From the NCBI GenBank assembly GCA_965202915.1, contig OZ241847.1:1665972-1729971 (forward strand): a DNA stretch of 64,000 bases, written 5' to 3'. Under the pieces are notes generated by a model. It worked only from the letters and a program-made list of their open reading frames with translations, was not told the DNA's origin and did no database searches. Source of the DNA: Gammaproteobacteria bacterium (GTDB taxonomy: Bacteria; Pseudomonadota; Gammaproteobacteria; Eutrophobiales; Eutrophobiaceae). How positions within the stretch are numbered: position 1 is the stretch's first letter; each line of letters begins with the position of its first letter. Of the stretch, positions 1-9,866 are shown one piece after another. Position numbers and translations under genes: made by a program.

Positions 1-1
1 G

Positions 2-220
2 CAAGAACCGAATGAAATCTGGATGACCTATTACGATAATGGAGAATTCAGGAAACATTACCTCAAAAGCTGGGATGATAATAAAGGCACGTTGAGCATT
101 ATCACAGAGTCGCGTGACGGCAGCCTGCTTTACAACTTCGTACCCCGATCACACATCAATAGCAGGCGCCTTGGAGTTCTGTTATACAAACAACAAGAGA
201 AAGGACGAGGGGGGCGGTGA
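2..220 (+). CDS. Hypothetical protein, C-terminal fragment truncated by the window edge. It may belong to the phage remnant.
   Basis: The frame is open from base 2 to the stop at 218-220. No recognisable motif. It lies directly upstream of a phage morphogenesis gene. Confidence 0.2.
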   Translation, partial: QEPNEIWMTYYDNGEFRKHYLKSWDDNKGTLSIITESRDGSLLYNFVPRSHINSRRLGVLLYKQQEKGRGGR

Positions 221-357
221 CGATCCGAATGCAACGCCTATCGAGTGGGCGCCCACCACAATCATTACCCGCTTCATAAGATCCCGACAATCCTGGCTGG
301 CAAGAGGACACCTAACCCCTCGTACTATAACTATAGCAAACCACACGGAGAAATTCA

Positions 358-867
358 ATGAAAATTATCGTCCAATACGAGGACAACGAGGTACTTACTG
401 CCTTGAACCGCTTGCTTGCCGCCGGGCGCAATTTAAACCCTCTTATGAAGATTATCGCCAGTCACTTGGAAGATACCATCGAGGAAGCCTTCAAGACCGA
501 GACATCACCCGAAGGCAAAAAATGGCAAGCCCTCAGCGAGGTTACCAAGGATCATCGCGCCAAACAGAAAAAACGGACGGGTGAAATTCTCCAACTCAGT
601 GGCGAACTCGCCCGCAGCATCGTATCCCGCCACGACGCCACCAGTGCTATCGCTGGCACCAACATCAAATACGCCACCACCCACCAATTTGGCGCTAAAA
701 AGGGCGAGTTTGGCAGATTCTCAATAATCAAAACGCGGCAAGTAGTACCTATTCCCTGGGGTGATATTCCAGCCCGGCCGTTTCTCGGTGTCTCCAAACA
801 AACCCGGGTACAAATCAACAACGCGGTCCGCCGCCACATCAAAACTGCTTTTTCACCTCATGGATAA
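358..867 (+). CDS. Phage virion morphogenesis protein (Mu gpG / P2 S-like tail-completion family).
   Basis: 169 aa. RBS GGAGA precedes the ATG. The C-terminal motifs ...GTNIKYATTHQFGAKKG... and ...IPARPFLGVS... are typical of the phage virion morphogenesis family. It is isolated, with an AT-rich flank at 868-1100. Confidence 0.55.
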   Translation: MKIIVQYEDNEVLTALNRLLAAGRNLNPLMKIIASHLEDTIEEAFKTETSPEGKKWQALSEVTKDHRAKQKKRTGEILQLSGELARSIVSRHDATSAIAGTNIKYATTHQFGAKKGEFGRFSIIKTRQVVPIPWGDIPARPFLGVSKQTRVQINNAVRRHIKTAFSPHG

Positions 868-1124
868 GAACTAGCTCTCTTGCCAAGTTTTAATCATAAT
901 TTACCGCCCTGATCAACAACGATTAAAACTCGATTAAAAAACGATTATTATAACCATTATTCCACTAATTTTTCATCAATAATCGGTTAAAAAGTACAAT
1001 TTCAAATGTTAATTCCCTCTATTTTTCAATCCAAGAAACCATCAACGATTCAAAAACTTACCCCCCACACGCCCCTAACTGCAAATTCCCATTCTAAACA
1101 TCCCCCTACATTGACGGCCTGTCG

Positions 1125-2132
1125 GTGCTTGTGACGTTGGATTTGGGTGGCAACGCCTTCACCACGCTACCCGCCGGTGTCTTTGACGGCCTGTCGGCGC
1201 TTGAGGATTTGCGTTTGAATGACAGCGCCTTCACCACTCTGCCCGCTGATGTCTTTGACGGCCTGTCGGCGCTTGAGACCTTGGATTTGATTAGAAACGA
1301 CTTCACCACTCTGCCCGACGGCGTGTTTGACGACGTGCTGGACACCTTGGGCGCCATAGGCGAAGACTCGATCGCGAGCTTCCGTGTTGACGACACCGTC
1401 CGCAACGCCCATTTTGTCTGCTCGCGGGCGGACGCCGATGCCATTGTAGCCGCCACCGCCGGTGTGACCGACTGCCTGCGGATCACCACCGCGCAACTCG
1501 TCGCCGCTCTCTCGAATGCCGGCCTGAGTACGCTGACGATTTCCCAAGGCACACTGACGCCGGTGTTTGATCCCGCCACCTTCACTTACAGTGCCATGGT
1601 GCCCAATACCGTGACCACCCTCACCCTCACCCCCACGGCCGCCGGCAGTGGCGCAACCGTAGCCGTGACAGTGAACGCGGGAGCGGCGATCCCCAACCTC
1701 CCATTCACCGCCGCCCTCAACGTCGGCGCCAACGACATAGCAATCGTCGTTACCGCCGCGAACCCCATCACGCAGACCTACAGACTGACCGTAACCCGCG
1801 CCCTTCCGCTGGACCTGAATCAAGACCAGACCGTCAACGCCCAGGATGCCCAGATCCTGTATTATCTCTCGCTGACGCCCCGGCCCGACAACCTGCTGAA
1901 CACACTGCTGGGGAACGCCGAAAATATTGCCGCACTGGAGGCCGGAGCCGATGCCCTGGCGGGCGCAAACCGGTTCGACCTGGTCGGTAATGATGGCCTG
2001 AACCAGAATGACTGGCGGCTGCTGTACTATGCCCTGCGGTTTGAGGATGAGCTGAGTGCCAGCCCGGCACTGCAAGATGCGCTGGGGGTGACGGAGGCGA
2101 CTCTGCGTGCCGTGCGGTTGCTTATTGAATGA
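1125..2132 (+). CDS. Modular surface protein: leucine-rich repeats, a cadherin-like beta-sandwich and a C-terminal dockerin-like double repeat. Probably 5'-truncated.
   Basis: LRR-type repeats (FTTLPxGVFDGLSALExL) run from residue 1, and the repeat frame stays open upstream to a stop at 1095 without a convincing start. The mid region (GTLTPVFDPATFTYSAMVPNTVTTLTLTPTA...IAIVVTAANPITQTYRLTVTR) matches the Cadherin-like (PF12733) pattern. The C-terminus carries two D-x-N-x-D...LYY dockerin-like segments that are homologous to the N-terminus of the 36091..39123 protein. Confidence 0.55.
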   Translation: MLVTLDLGGNAFTTLPAGVFDGLSALEDLRLNDSAFTTLPADVFDGLSALETLDLIRNDFTTLPDGVFDDVLDTLGAIGEDSIASFRVDDTVRNAHFVCSRADADAIVAATAGVTDCLRITTAQLVAALSNAGLSTLTISQGTLTPVFDPATFTYSAMVPNTVTTLTLTPTAAGSGATVAVTVNAGAAIPNLPFTAALNVGANDIAIVVTAANPITQTYRLTVTRALPLDLNQDQTVNAQDAQILYYLSLTPRPDNLLNTLLGNAENIAALEAGADALAGANRFDLVGNDGLNQNDWRLLYYALRFEDELSASPALQDALGVTEATLRAVRLLIE

Positions 2133-2800
2133 CAGGAGTCGGGGTCTCCCGACCCCGATAAAACACACAATCGGCACGCCGGATTCTCTGTACAGGAGTC
2201 GGGGTCTCCCGACCCCGATAAAACACACAATCGGCACGCCGGATTCCCTGTACAGGATGACGGGTTTTCAACCCGTAGGCGGGTTTGGAAACCCACCCTC
2301 CTGTTTAAAACACACAATCGGCACGCCGGATTCTCTGTACAGGAGGACGGGTTTCCAAACCCGTCATAAATCATTCAACTTTTAATGTGTTTTTTTTTAT
2401 AGGAGTCGGGGTCTCCCGACCCCGATAAAACACACACTCGGCACGCCGGATTCTCTGTACAGGAGGACGGGTTTTCAACCCGTAGGCGGGTTTGGAAACC
2501 CACCCTCCTGTTTAAAACACACACCCGGCACGCCGGATTCCCTGAGCAACCGGGGTTTTCCAATCCGTCTTAAATCATTCAACTTTTAATGTGTTTTTTT
2601 TTAGGCGGGTTTGGAAACCCACCCTCCTGTTTAAAACACACACCCGGCGCGTCGGATTCTCTGAGCGACCGGTATTTCTGGACTGCATCGGGGCTTTTAA
2701 ATATAATGAAACAAGAGGTGGACGGGTTTTCAAATCCGTCTTTAATCATTCAACTTTTAATGTGTTTTTTTTAGGCGGGTTTGGAAACCCACCCTCCTGT
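2133..2800. repeat. Mosaic hairpin-repeat array (BIME/REP-like) in the intergenic region upstream of tkt.
   Basis: Six copies of a ~40-bp core (taaaacacacaNNcggcRcgYcggattcYctg). Each is flanked by short hairpin modules (caggag+tcggggtc-tccc-gaccccga; gacgggttttcaacccgt; gggtttggaaaccc) in both orientations. A 38-bp module (aaatcattcaacttttaatgtgttttttttt) occurs three times. Confidence 0.85.
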
Positions 2801-2814
2801 GGGAGCAATATATA

Positions 2815-4809
2815 GTGTTATCCAGGCGTGAACTTGCTAATGCGATACGAGTGTTGAGTATGGATGCGGTGCAGAATAGTAATTCCGGGCATCCGGGGGC
2901 GCCTATGGGTATGGCGGATTTTGCCGAGGTCCTGTGGAATGATTTTATTCGGCATAATCCGGGTAACCCGGATTGGTATAATCGCGACCGGTTTGTGATG
3001 TCGAATGGTCATGGTTCCATGTTGTTGTATTCCATCCTGCATCTGTGCGGTTATGATATTTCCATGGATGAGATAAAAAATTTCCGGCAACTGCATTCAA
3101 AGACGCCCGGCCATCCCGAATATGGCGATGCGCCCGGTGTGGAGGCGACCACCGGGCCGCTGGGACAGGGGCTGGCGAATGCGGTGGGTATGGCGGTCGC
3201 CGAGCGGGCGCTGGCGGTGCGTTTTAATCGCGATCGGTTCAATGTGATCGACCATCATACGTATTTTACGGTTGGCGACGGCTGCCTGATGGAGGGTATT
3301 TCGCATGAGGCCTGTTCATTGGCGGGCACGTTCAAACTCGGCAAATTGATCGGATTGTTTGACAGTAACCGGATCTCGATAGACGGCGACGTCAGGGGCT
3401 GGTTCACCGAGGACACGGCGCAGCGTTTTCAGGCGTATGGCTGGCAGGTGATCGATGCGGTGGACGGCCATGATCCGGAGCAGATTAAAACCGCTATCGC
3501 TGCGGCGATAGCGGAACGCGAGCGGCCCAGCCTGATCTGTTGCAATACCATTATTGGCCTGGGTTCGCCAAATAAACAGGATACCGCGGCCAGCCACGGC
3601 GCGCCTCTGGGTGAGGCCGAGGTGGAATTGGTGCGACGATCCCTGGGTTGGGATTTCGGGCCGTTTGAAATGCCCGCGGAATATTACCGGGGATGGGACG
3701 CCAGACAAAAGGGCGGACGGCTTGAGGACGATTGGAATGATTTATTCTGCGAGTATGAACGGGCACACCCGCGGGAGGCCGCCGAATTTCGGCGACGCAT
3801 GCGGGCAAAACTGCCGGCAGCCTGGCCGGAAGCCGCGAGTGCGTATATCGACCAGGTAAAACCTGAAAATATCGCCTCCCGCAAGGGTTCTCAAAATGCC
3901 TTAAATGCTTATGCCCCGGTGTTGCCTGAGCTGATCGGCGGTTCGGCGGATCTCACCGGTTCCAATCTGACCCGCGTCGACGGGTCCCGCACGCTGTCGG
4001 CGGATCGCCCCGACGGCAATTATATCTATTACGGCGTGCGGGAGTTTGCAATGGTGGCGATCAACAATGGCATCGCCCTGCACGGCGGCTTTATTCCCTA
4101 CGGCGGTACGTTTTTAATTTTTTCCGAATACGCCCGCAATGCGATCCGGATGGCGGCACTGATGGAACTGCGTACTATCTTTGTGCTGACCCATGATTCC
4201 ATCGGTCTCGGCGAGGACGGCCCCACCCATCAGGCGGTTGAACAGGCGGCGACGCTGCGCCTGATCCCCGGACTGTCGGTGTGGCGCCCCTGTGATGGTA
4301 CGGAAACCGCGGTGGCCTGGCGGCTGGCGATAGAACGCCTCAACGGCCCCACTGCGTTATTATTATCGCGCCAGACCCTGCCCCATATTCCCAGAAGCGG
4401 GCAACAGGTGGAGCGTATTCAATATGGTGCGTATGCCCTCACTCAGGTTGATATTGAGCCGGAATTAATTATTATTGCAACGGGTTCGGAAGTCGGTCTG
4501 GCCTATAATGTGGCCGTCAAACTCGGCGAGCAGGGTAAAAAGGTGCGGGCGGTGTCGATGCCGTCCACCGACGTGTTTGATCGACAACCGCGGGAGTACC
4601 GGGATTCGGTGTTAACGCCCGGCTGTAAAAAGCGTATTGCGATAGAAGCGGGGGTAAGCGATTACTGGAGAAAATACGTAGGCCTGGATGGGGCGGTGAT
4701 CGGGCTGGACGGCTTTGGTCGGTCGGCGCCGGGGGATGAGGTGTATCGCTATTTCGGCATTACCGAGGAATGCCTGACGGCGCTGGCGGTGGACGTTCTC
4801 GATTCATAA
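2815..4809 (+). CDS. tkt: Transketolase.
   Basis: 664 aa from a GTG start. The N-terminus [41 protein letters not shown] closely matches the E. coli TktA N-terminus. It is the first gene of a tkt-gap-pgk-fba cluster. Confidence 0.97.
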   Translation: MLSRRELANAIRVLSMDAVQNSNSGHPGAPMGMADFAEVLWNDFIRHNPGNPDWYNRDRFVMSNGHGSMLLYSILHLCGYDISMDEIKNFRQLHSKTPGHPEYGDAPGVEATTGPLGQGLANAVGMAVAERALAVRFNRDRFNVIDHHTYFTVGDGCLMEGISHEACSLAGTFKLGKLIGLFDSNRISIDGDVRGWFTEDTAQRFQAYGWQVIDAVDGHDPEQIKTAIAAAIAERERPSLICCNTIIGLGSPNKQDTAASHGAPLGEAEVELVRRSLGWDFGPFEMPAEYYRGWDARQKGGRLEDDWNDLFCEYERAHPREAAEFRRRMRAKLPAAWPEAASAYIDQVKPENIASRKGSQNALNAYAPVLPELIGGSADLTGSNLTRVDGSRTLSADRPDGNYIYYGVREFAMVAINNGIALHGGFIPYGGTFLIFSEYARNAIRMAALMELRTIFVLTHDSIGLGEDGPTHQAVEQAATLRLIPGLSVWRPCDGTETAVAWRLAIERLNGPTALLLSRQTLPHIPRSGQQVERIQYGAYALTQVDIEPELIIIATGSEVGLAYNVAVKLGEQGKKVRAVSMPSTDVFDRQPREYRDSVLTPGCKKRIAIEAGVSDYWRKYVGLDGAVIGLDGFGRSAPGDEVYRYFGITEECLTALAVDVLDS

Positions 4810-4824
4810 ACGGGGTATAAAAAC

Positions 4825-5838
4825 ATGGCAATTAGAGTGGGAATAAACGGATACGGCAGAATTGGCCGCAATATATTGCGCGCCGCCTATGAGTCCGGGC
4901 GCGATAAAGAGATTCAAATTGTGGCCATCAATGATCTGGGCGACGCCGGCAGCAACGCCCATCTGACCCGTTATGACACCGCCCACGGCAAATTTCCCGG
5001 CAGCGTCGAGACCGAACGCGATTGGATGATCGTCAATGGCGACCGGATAAAGGTGTTGTCTGAGCGGGATCCGGCGCGCCTGCCCTGGGGTGAACTGGAG
5101 GTCGATATCGTCTATGAATCCACCGGTTTGTTTGTCACCGGGGAAAAGGCCGGCGCCCACTTACAAGGCGGGGCAAAGAAGGTGATCATCTCGGCGCCCG
5201 GGGGCGAAGACGTGGATGCGACCATCGTCTATGGCGTCAATCATCACCTCCTGAAGGCCTCCGACCGGGTGATTTCAAATGCCTCGTGTACGACCAACTG
5301 TCTGGCGCCGGTGGTGCAGGTCATCGACGAACACGTTGGGCTTGTGAGCGGTATTATGACAACGGTGCACGCCTATACCAATGATCAGGTGCTCAGCGAC
5401 GTCTATCATCCCGATCTGCGGCGCGCCCGCTCGGCCACCATGTCGATGATCCCGACCAAAACCGGCGCCGCCAGGGCCGTGGGCCTGGTACTGCCGCAAC
5501 TCAAGGGCAAACTCAATGGTTACGCCATACGGGTGCCGACCCTTAATGTTTCGGTTATCGATCTCAGTCTGATCGCCGCCAGAGAAACCAGTGTCCGCGA
5601 AATTAATGCCCTTATGCGGGACGCCGCCGACGGCCGCTTGAAGGGGGTGCTGGCCTATAATGCGGAACCGTTGGTGTCGATAGATTTTAATCACCACCCG
5701 GCGTCTGCGATCCATGATGCGCCATTAACCCAGGTTATCGACGGTACCCTGGTGAAGGTGGTCGCCTGGTATGATAATGAATGGGGGTTCTCAAATAGAA
5801 TGCTGGACGTGGCGGTGGCGCTGATGCGGGCCGGCTGA
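4825..5838 (+). CDS. gap: Glyceraldehyde-3-phosphate dehydrogenase (type I).
   Basis: 337 aa. NAD-binding [10 protein letters not shown] and the active-site SCTTNCLAP motif are present. Confidence 0.97.
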   Translation: MAIRVGINGYGRIGRNILRAAYESGRDKEIQIVAINDLGDAGSNAHLTRYDTAHGKFPGSVETERDWMIVNGDRIKVLSERDPARLPWGELEVDIVYESTGLFVTGEKAGAHLQGGAKKVIISAPGGEDVDATIVYGVNHHLLKASDRVISNASCTTNCLAPVVQVIDEHVGLVSGIMTTVHAYTNDQVLSDVYHPDLRRARSATMSMIPTKTGAARAVGLVLPQLKGKLNGYAIRVPTLNVSVIDLSLIAARETSVREINALMRDAADGRLKGVLAYNAEPLVSIDFNHHPASAIHDAPLTQVIDGTLVKVVAWYDNEWGFSNRMLDVAVALMRAG

Positions 5839-5847
5839 GCAGTAACC

Positions 5848-7062
5848 GTGTCTATACTGGTAAAAATTGCCGATCTGGATCTGAATAATAAAACGGTACT
5901 CATCCGGGAAGATTATAATGTGCCGCTCAGAGACGGTCGGGTTGCGGACGATACCCGCATCGTCGCCAGCCTGCCGACCCTGCGGGAGATCGGCGCCGCC
6001 GAAAACGTGAAGATCATTATCGTCGCCCACCTGGGGCGTCCGATAGAGGGTGAATATGATGCGGCCTTTTCATTGCGCCCGGTTGCGGAGTGTCTGTCGC
6101 AACACCTGGGCGAGCCCATCCCACTGCTTAAAAACTGGATCGATGGCGTTGATTTTGGCGGTCATAAGCTGGTGCTGTGTGAAAACGTCCGCTTTGAGCG
6201 GGGCGAGAAAGATAATGAAGATGCGCTGGCCCGAAAAATGGCGGCACTGTGCAATATTTACGTGAACGATGCGTTTGCCACCGCCCACCGGGTTCAGGCT
6301 TCCACTTACGGGGTCGCCAAATATACCGCGATGGCCTGCGCCGGACCGTTATTGATCTCCGAACTCAAGGCCCTGTCCAAGGGGATCAAAGACCCTGAGC
6401 GGCCGTTGGTGGCGGTCGTCGGCGGGGCCAAGATCTCCACCAAACTGGTATTGCTGGAATCACTGGTGAATATTGCCGATCAACTGATCGTAGGCGGGGG
6501 CATAGCCAATACCCTGCTCCGGGCCGCGGGGTATCATATCGGTCGCTCACTGTATGAAGCCGATCTGGTTGGGGTCGCGGAAAAGATACTGCAACGGGCT
6601 GAAACCAGGCAATGCGCGATACCCCTGCCGGTGGACGTGGTCTGTGCAAAGGAGTGCAATGAGTCCGCCGGCGCCGAGGTAAAGCCGATAGCGGCGGTCG
6701 CCGATGATGATTTGATCCTGGACGTGGGCCCTGAAACCACCGCCACCCTGGTTGATTCCCTGGCGGGCGCCAATACCATCGTATGGAACGGGCCCCTGGG
6801 GGCGTTTGAATTTGATCAATTCGGTCAGAGTACCGGCGCGATAGCCGCCGCGATAGCCGCCAGTCCGGCGTATTCGATAGCCGGCGGCGGGGACACGCTG
6901 GCGGCGGTGACAAAATACGGCGTCACCGCCGGGATTGATTATATCTCCACCGGCGGCGGGGCATTTCTGGAATTTCTGGCGGGACAAAAATTACCGGCGA
7001 TAGCGATGCTGGAGGAAGCCACCCGCGCCTGGGTGGCGATGGAGCACGGCCGGGAACTGTAA
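5848..7062 (+). CDS. pgk: Phosphoglycerate kinase.
   Basis: 404 aa from a GTG start, with Pgk hallmarks (REDYNVPL, AHRAxAS, GGGAKISTK). Confidence 0.95.
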   Translation: MSILVKIADLDLNNKTVLIREDYNVPLRDGRVADDTRIVASLPTLREIGAAENVKIIIVAHLGRPIEGEYDAAFSLRPVAECLSQHLGEPIPLLKNWIDGVDFGGHKLVLCENVRFERGEKDNEDALARKMAALCNIYVNDAFATAHRVQASTYGVAKYTAMACAGPLLISELKALSKGIKDPERPLVAVVGGAKISTKLVLLESLVNIADQLIVGGGIANTLLRAAGYHIGRSLYEADLVGVAEKILQRAETRQCAIPLPVDVVCAKECNESAGAEVKPIAAVADDDLILDVGPETTATLVDSLAGANTIVWNGPLGAFEFDQFGQSTGAIAAAIAASPAYSIAGGGDTLAAVTKYGVTAGIDYISTGGGAFLEFLAGQKLPAIAMLEEATRAWVAMEHGREL

Positions 7063-7147
7063 GCGGCGATGATCGGCGGGGCCTGGCGTTGCCGGCAAAG
7101 TCCCAGGCATTCATTATAATATTCAAACTAACAACGCGGGGAGAGCT

Positions 7148-8173
7148 ATGACGATACGACAACAACTGCAGGAGACGGCGGCGGCGCTGGTTGCCCGGGG
7201 CAAGGGCATACTCGCGATAGACGAAAGCACGCCCACGATAAAGAAACGGTTTGATGCCATCGACGTCGAATCCACCGAGCAAAATCGCAGGAGCTATCGG
7301 GATCTGCTGATCACCAACCACGGCGACGCCGAATATATCAGCGGCATGATTCTGTATGACGAAACCATCCGCCAGGCCGCCGCCGACGGCACGCCCTTCC
7401 CACGGGTATTGATGAACAAAAACATTATGCCCGGCATTAAAGTCGACAAGGGCGCAAAAGAGCTGGCCCTGCACCCGGATGAAAAGGTAACCGAAGGACT
7501 GGATGGACTGGCCGACCGATTGGCCGAATACAACGCCCTCGGCGCGAAATTTGCCAAATGGCGCGCGGTGATCACGATAGGGGACAAGCTCCCCAGCCCG
7601 GCCTGCATAGACGCCAACGCCCATGCACTCGCCCGTTACGCCGGCCTGTGCCAGGCGGCCGGGCTGGTGCCGATAGTGGAACCGGAGGTATTGATGGACG
7701 CCGACCATACCATCGAGTGCTGTTACGAGGTGACCGCAAAAACCCTGTCGACCCTGTTTAATACGTTGCGTGGCCAGGGGGTCAGCATTGAACACACCCT
7801 GTTAAAAACCAATATGGTGATCGCCGGCAAACAATGTTCAAAGCAGGCCGGCGTCGACGAGGTGGCCGCGCAAACGGTGCGCTGTTTACGGCAAAACGTA
7901 CCGGCCGAGTTGCCGGGCATCGTGTTTCTTTCCGGCGGCCAGACCGCGGTACTTGCGACCGCCCACCTTAATGCAATGAACGCCGCCCATTCCGATCTGC
8001 CCTGGCCGTTGAGTTTTTCTTATGGCCGCGCATTGCAGGAGCCCTGCTTAAAGGTCTGGGGCGGCGACGCGGCAAATATTGCGGCGGCCCAAAAGGCATT
8101 ATTGCATCGTGAGCGATGCAACAGCCTGGCCTGTCTGGGGAAATATACGGAGGACGTGGAGCAGGCGGCCTGA
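7148..8173 (+). CDS. fba: Fructose-bisphosphate aldolase, class I.
   Basis: 341 aa. GKGILAIDES, the Schiff-base lysine context and the overall length are typical of class I FBA. Confidence 0.85.
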   Translation: MTIRQQLQETAAALVARGKGILAIDESTPTIKKRFDAIDVESTEQNRRSYRDLLITNHGDAEYISGMILYDETIRQAAADGTPFPRVLMNKNIMPGIKVDKGAKELALHPDEKVTEGLDGLADRLAEYNALGAKFAKWRAVITIGDKLPSPACIDANAHALARYAGLCQAAGLVPIVEPEVLMDADHTIECCYEVTAKTLSTLFNTLRGQGVSIEHTLLKTNMVIAGKQCSKQAGVDEVAAQTVRCLRQNVPAELPGIVFLSGGQTAVLATAHLNAMNAAHSDLPWPLSFSYGRALQEPCLKVWGGDAANIAAAQKALLHRERCNSLACLGKYTEDVEQAA

Positions 8174-8228
8174 TGCGCTTGTAGTGTACAAACTCTCCGG
8201 CGTTGGCCTATAATACAGGCTGTTTCAG

Positions 8229-8957
8229 ATGCTGAACAGGGGCAAAATAATGAGCAAACGCGGGGCTTACGGCGTGAACGAGGCCGTCGATTATAATGCG
8301 ATAAGCAGTGTTTGGACCGGCACGGATGCCGCGCTGCTTACGGAAATGCTGGATTTCTATCCGGTCATCGACACCGAGCCGATCCTGGATGCCACCTATA
8401 ACACGGGCCGCATGTGGCGGGGAACGGGCCGTAACCCTGTGTCCATGGACATCGACCCGCGGTACGCCCCCGATATTGTGGCGGACAACCGCGTTATGGC
8501 GGGCGTCCGGGACAATTCCTACGCAGTCGTGGTGTACGATCCGCCGCACGTCGGGCCGCAGGGCCGAGATAAGAGCAAAAAGCGCTTCGATGTGGACTTC
8601 GGCGCGACCATGGCTTGCGGAAAGGAGCACGGATGGAGCCTGAGCTACCTGTATCCGCCGTTCCTGGAGCAGGCCAGGCGCGTCCTCAAGCCGGATGGCA
8701 TTCTGCTCGCCAAGATCACCGACATTGTGAACAACCATCGCCAGCGCTGGGCGCACTGCGACTTCATAGCGATGGCCGGGAATGCCGGGTTCGTGGTCTG
8801 CGATCTGATTGTGAAAGTGCGAAAAGGGCCGATGAAGTCCACCAAATGGAAAAATGCTCAGCATGCCCGCAAGCGTCATTGTTTCTGGATCGTATGCCGC
8901 AACGGGCCATACAGCGAACGCAGGCTGAGTACCGGGGCCGATGTTGCGGTCGTATAA
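8229..8957 (+). CDS. Putative DNA amino-methyltransferase (N6-adenine/N4-cytosine type, DPPH variant of the DPPY motif).
   Basis: 242 aa. VVVYDPPH (motif IV-like) is preceded by a Gly-rich motif I-like segment. Its end overlaps the downstream GIY-YIG nuclease gene by 17 bp, as in R-M operons. Confidence 0.5.
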   Translation: MLNRGKIMSKRGAYGVNEAVDYNAISSVWTGTDAALLTEMLDFYPVIDTEPILDATYNTGRMWRGTGRNPVSMDIDPRYAPDIVADNRVMAGVRDNSYAVVVYDPPHVGPQGRDKSKKRFDVDFGATMACGKEHGWSLSYLYPPFLEQARRVLKPDGILLAKITDIVNNHRQRWAHCDFIAMAGNAGFVVCDLIVKVRKGPMKSTKWKNAQHARKRHCFWIVCRNGPYSERRLSTGADVAVV

Positions 8958-9474
8958 CCCACTCAGCATCGATGAACTGGGCCGGAACGCCGTGCGTGCC
9001 CTGATGGCCTACGACGTCGCCGAACTGCCACCCGGCGATCCGTTCCAGGGCGCAGGCGTCTATACGATCCACTACGCTGGGTCGTTTGCGCCATATGCAG
9101 GACTGGGTGAGACGCCGATCTATGTCGGCAGGGCAGACAATGACCTGCATGGCCGGCTGTCGGAGCACGCAGCGTCCATTGAAGCCGCAGAGAATCTGCG
9201 CCGCGATGAGTTCGGCTGCCGCTGGCTCGTGCTCGAACCGATCTGGATCAATCTGACCGAGAAAATCCTGATCGACCGGTACCGCCCCATCTGGAACAAG
9301 GTGCTGATAGGGTTCGGCATCCATGATCCGGGCGGTGGACGGCGCAATCAGCGTCGCTCCCAATGGGACACCGTGCATCCGGGAAGATCATGGTCGGCAA
9401 AGCAGCGCGAACCAGAGGAACCAGCCGGGCAACTGCTGGAACGAATCACACAGCATCGACGGCAAGAGCAATGA
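8941..9474 (+). CDS. GIY-YIG family nuclease, candidate type II restriction endonuclease (Eco29kI-like).
   Basis: 177 aa. GVYTIHY...PIYVGRADNDLHGRLSEH followed by conserved E and N residues gives the GIY-YIG catalytic pattern (Y, Y, R, H, E, N). It is translationally coupled to the upstream MTase. Confidence 0.5.
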   Translation: MLRSYNPLSIDELGRNAVRALMAYDVAELPPGDPFQGAGVYTIHYAGSFAPYAGLGETPIYVGRADNDLHGRLSEHAASIEAAENLRRDEFGCRWLVLEPIWINLTEKILIDRYRPIWNKVLIGFGIHDPGGGRRNQRRSQWDTVHPGRSWSAKQREPEEPAGQLLERITQHRRQEQ

Positions 9475-9593
9475 CGAAATAAGGACGGATCACAGGACAA
9501 AATTGACGCTGTTGCGCGAAAAGAATGGCCGTGCAGTGGCAACCGATGAATGCAACCGCTTGACTGTATTGCGCAACATGCTACACTTCATTT

Positions 9594-9866
9594 ATGATCA
9601 AGTCCTTCAAGCACAGAGGCCTGGAGATGTTTTACGAAAGTGGCAGTGTTAGAGGAATTCAGGCGAAGCACGCCGACAGACTGAGAATGCGACTGGCGGC
9701 CCCGGATACCGCTCAATCCATCGATGACATCGATATTCCAGGGTATCGATTGCATCCGTTGACGGGTGAGCGAACAGGTGGCTGGTCGATCACTGTAAAT
9801 GCAAACTGGCGCCTTTGAATTTAAAGAAGGAAATGTATATATATTAAATTACGAGGATTATCACTA
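9594..9866 (+). pseudogene. higB: HigB (RelE/ParE-superfamily) toxin interrupted by a +1 frameshift near 9813-9816.
   Basis: Frame 0 gives MIKSFKHRGLEMFYESGSVRGIQAKHADRLRMRL...GWSITVNANWRL then a stop at 9816-9818. The +1 frame continues FEFKEGNVYILNYEDYH and stops at TAA 9865-9867, overlapping the higA ATG (TAATG). Both parts match the canonical HigB (PF05015) N- and C-termini. Confidence 0.8.

Noticed and set aside
1167-2237. 356-aa ORF on the minus strand antisense to the LRR/cadherin/dockerin gene (and 1106..1585 -).
   Set aside because: It is a Gly/Arg-rich antisense read-through of a GC-rich gene. The plus-strand gene has recognisable domains.
2027-2563. ORFs 2027..2374(-), 2107..2385(+) and 2375..2563(-) with internally repeated peptide segments.
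   Set aside because: They are translation artefacts of the DNA repeat array (the same 60-nt unit read repeatedly), with no start context.
2133-2800. Possible CRISPR array, because of the regularly recurring ~40-bp unit.
   Set aside because: Unit spacing is irregular (59-130 bp). The 'spacers' are themselves reiterated hairpin modules in both orientations. No leader or cas genes are present. It is better explained as a BIME/REP-like mosaic.
6386-7795. Large antisense ORFs (6386..6913 -, 6547..6987 -, 6923..7795 -) over pgk/fba.
   Set aside because: They are Arg/Pro-rich reverse-frame artefacts of GC-rich coding DNA, and the sense-strand genes are unambiguous.
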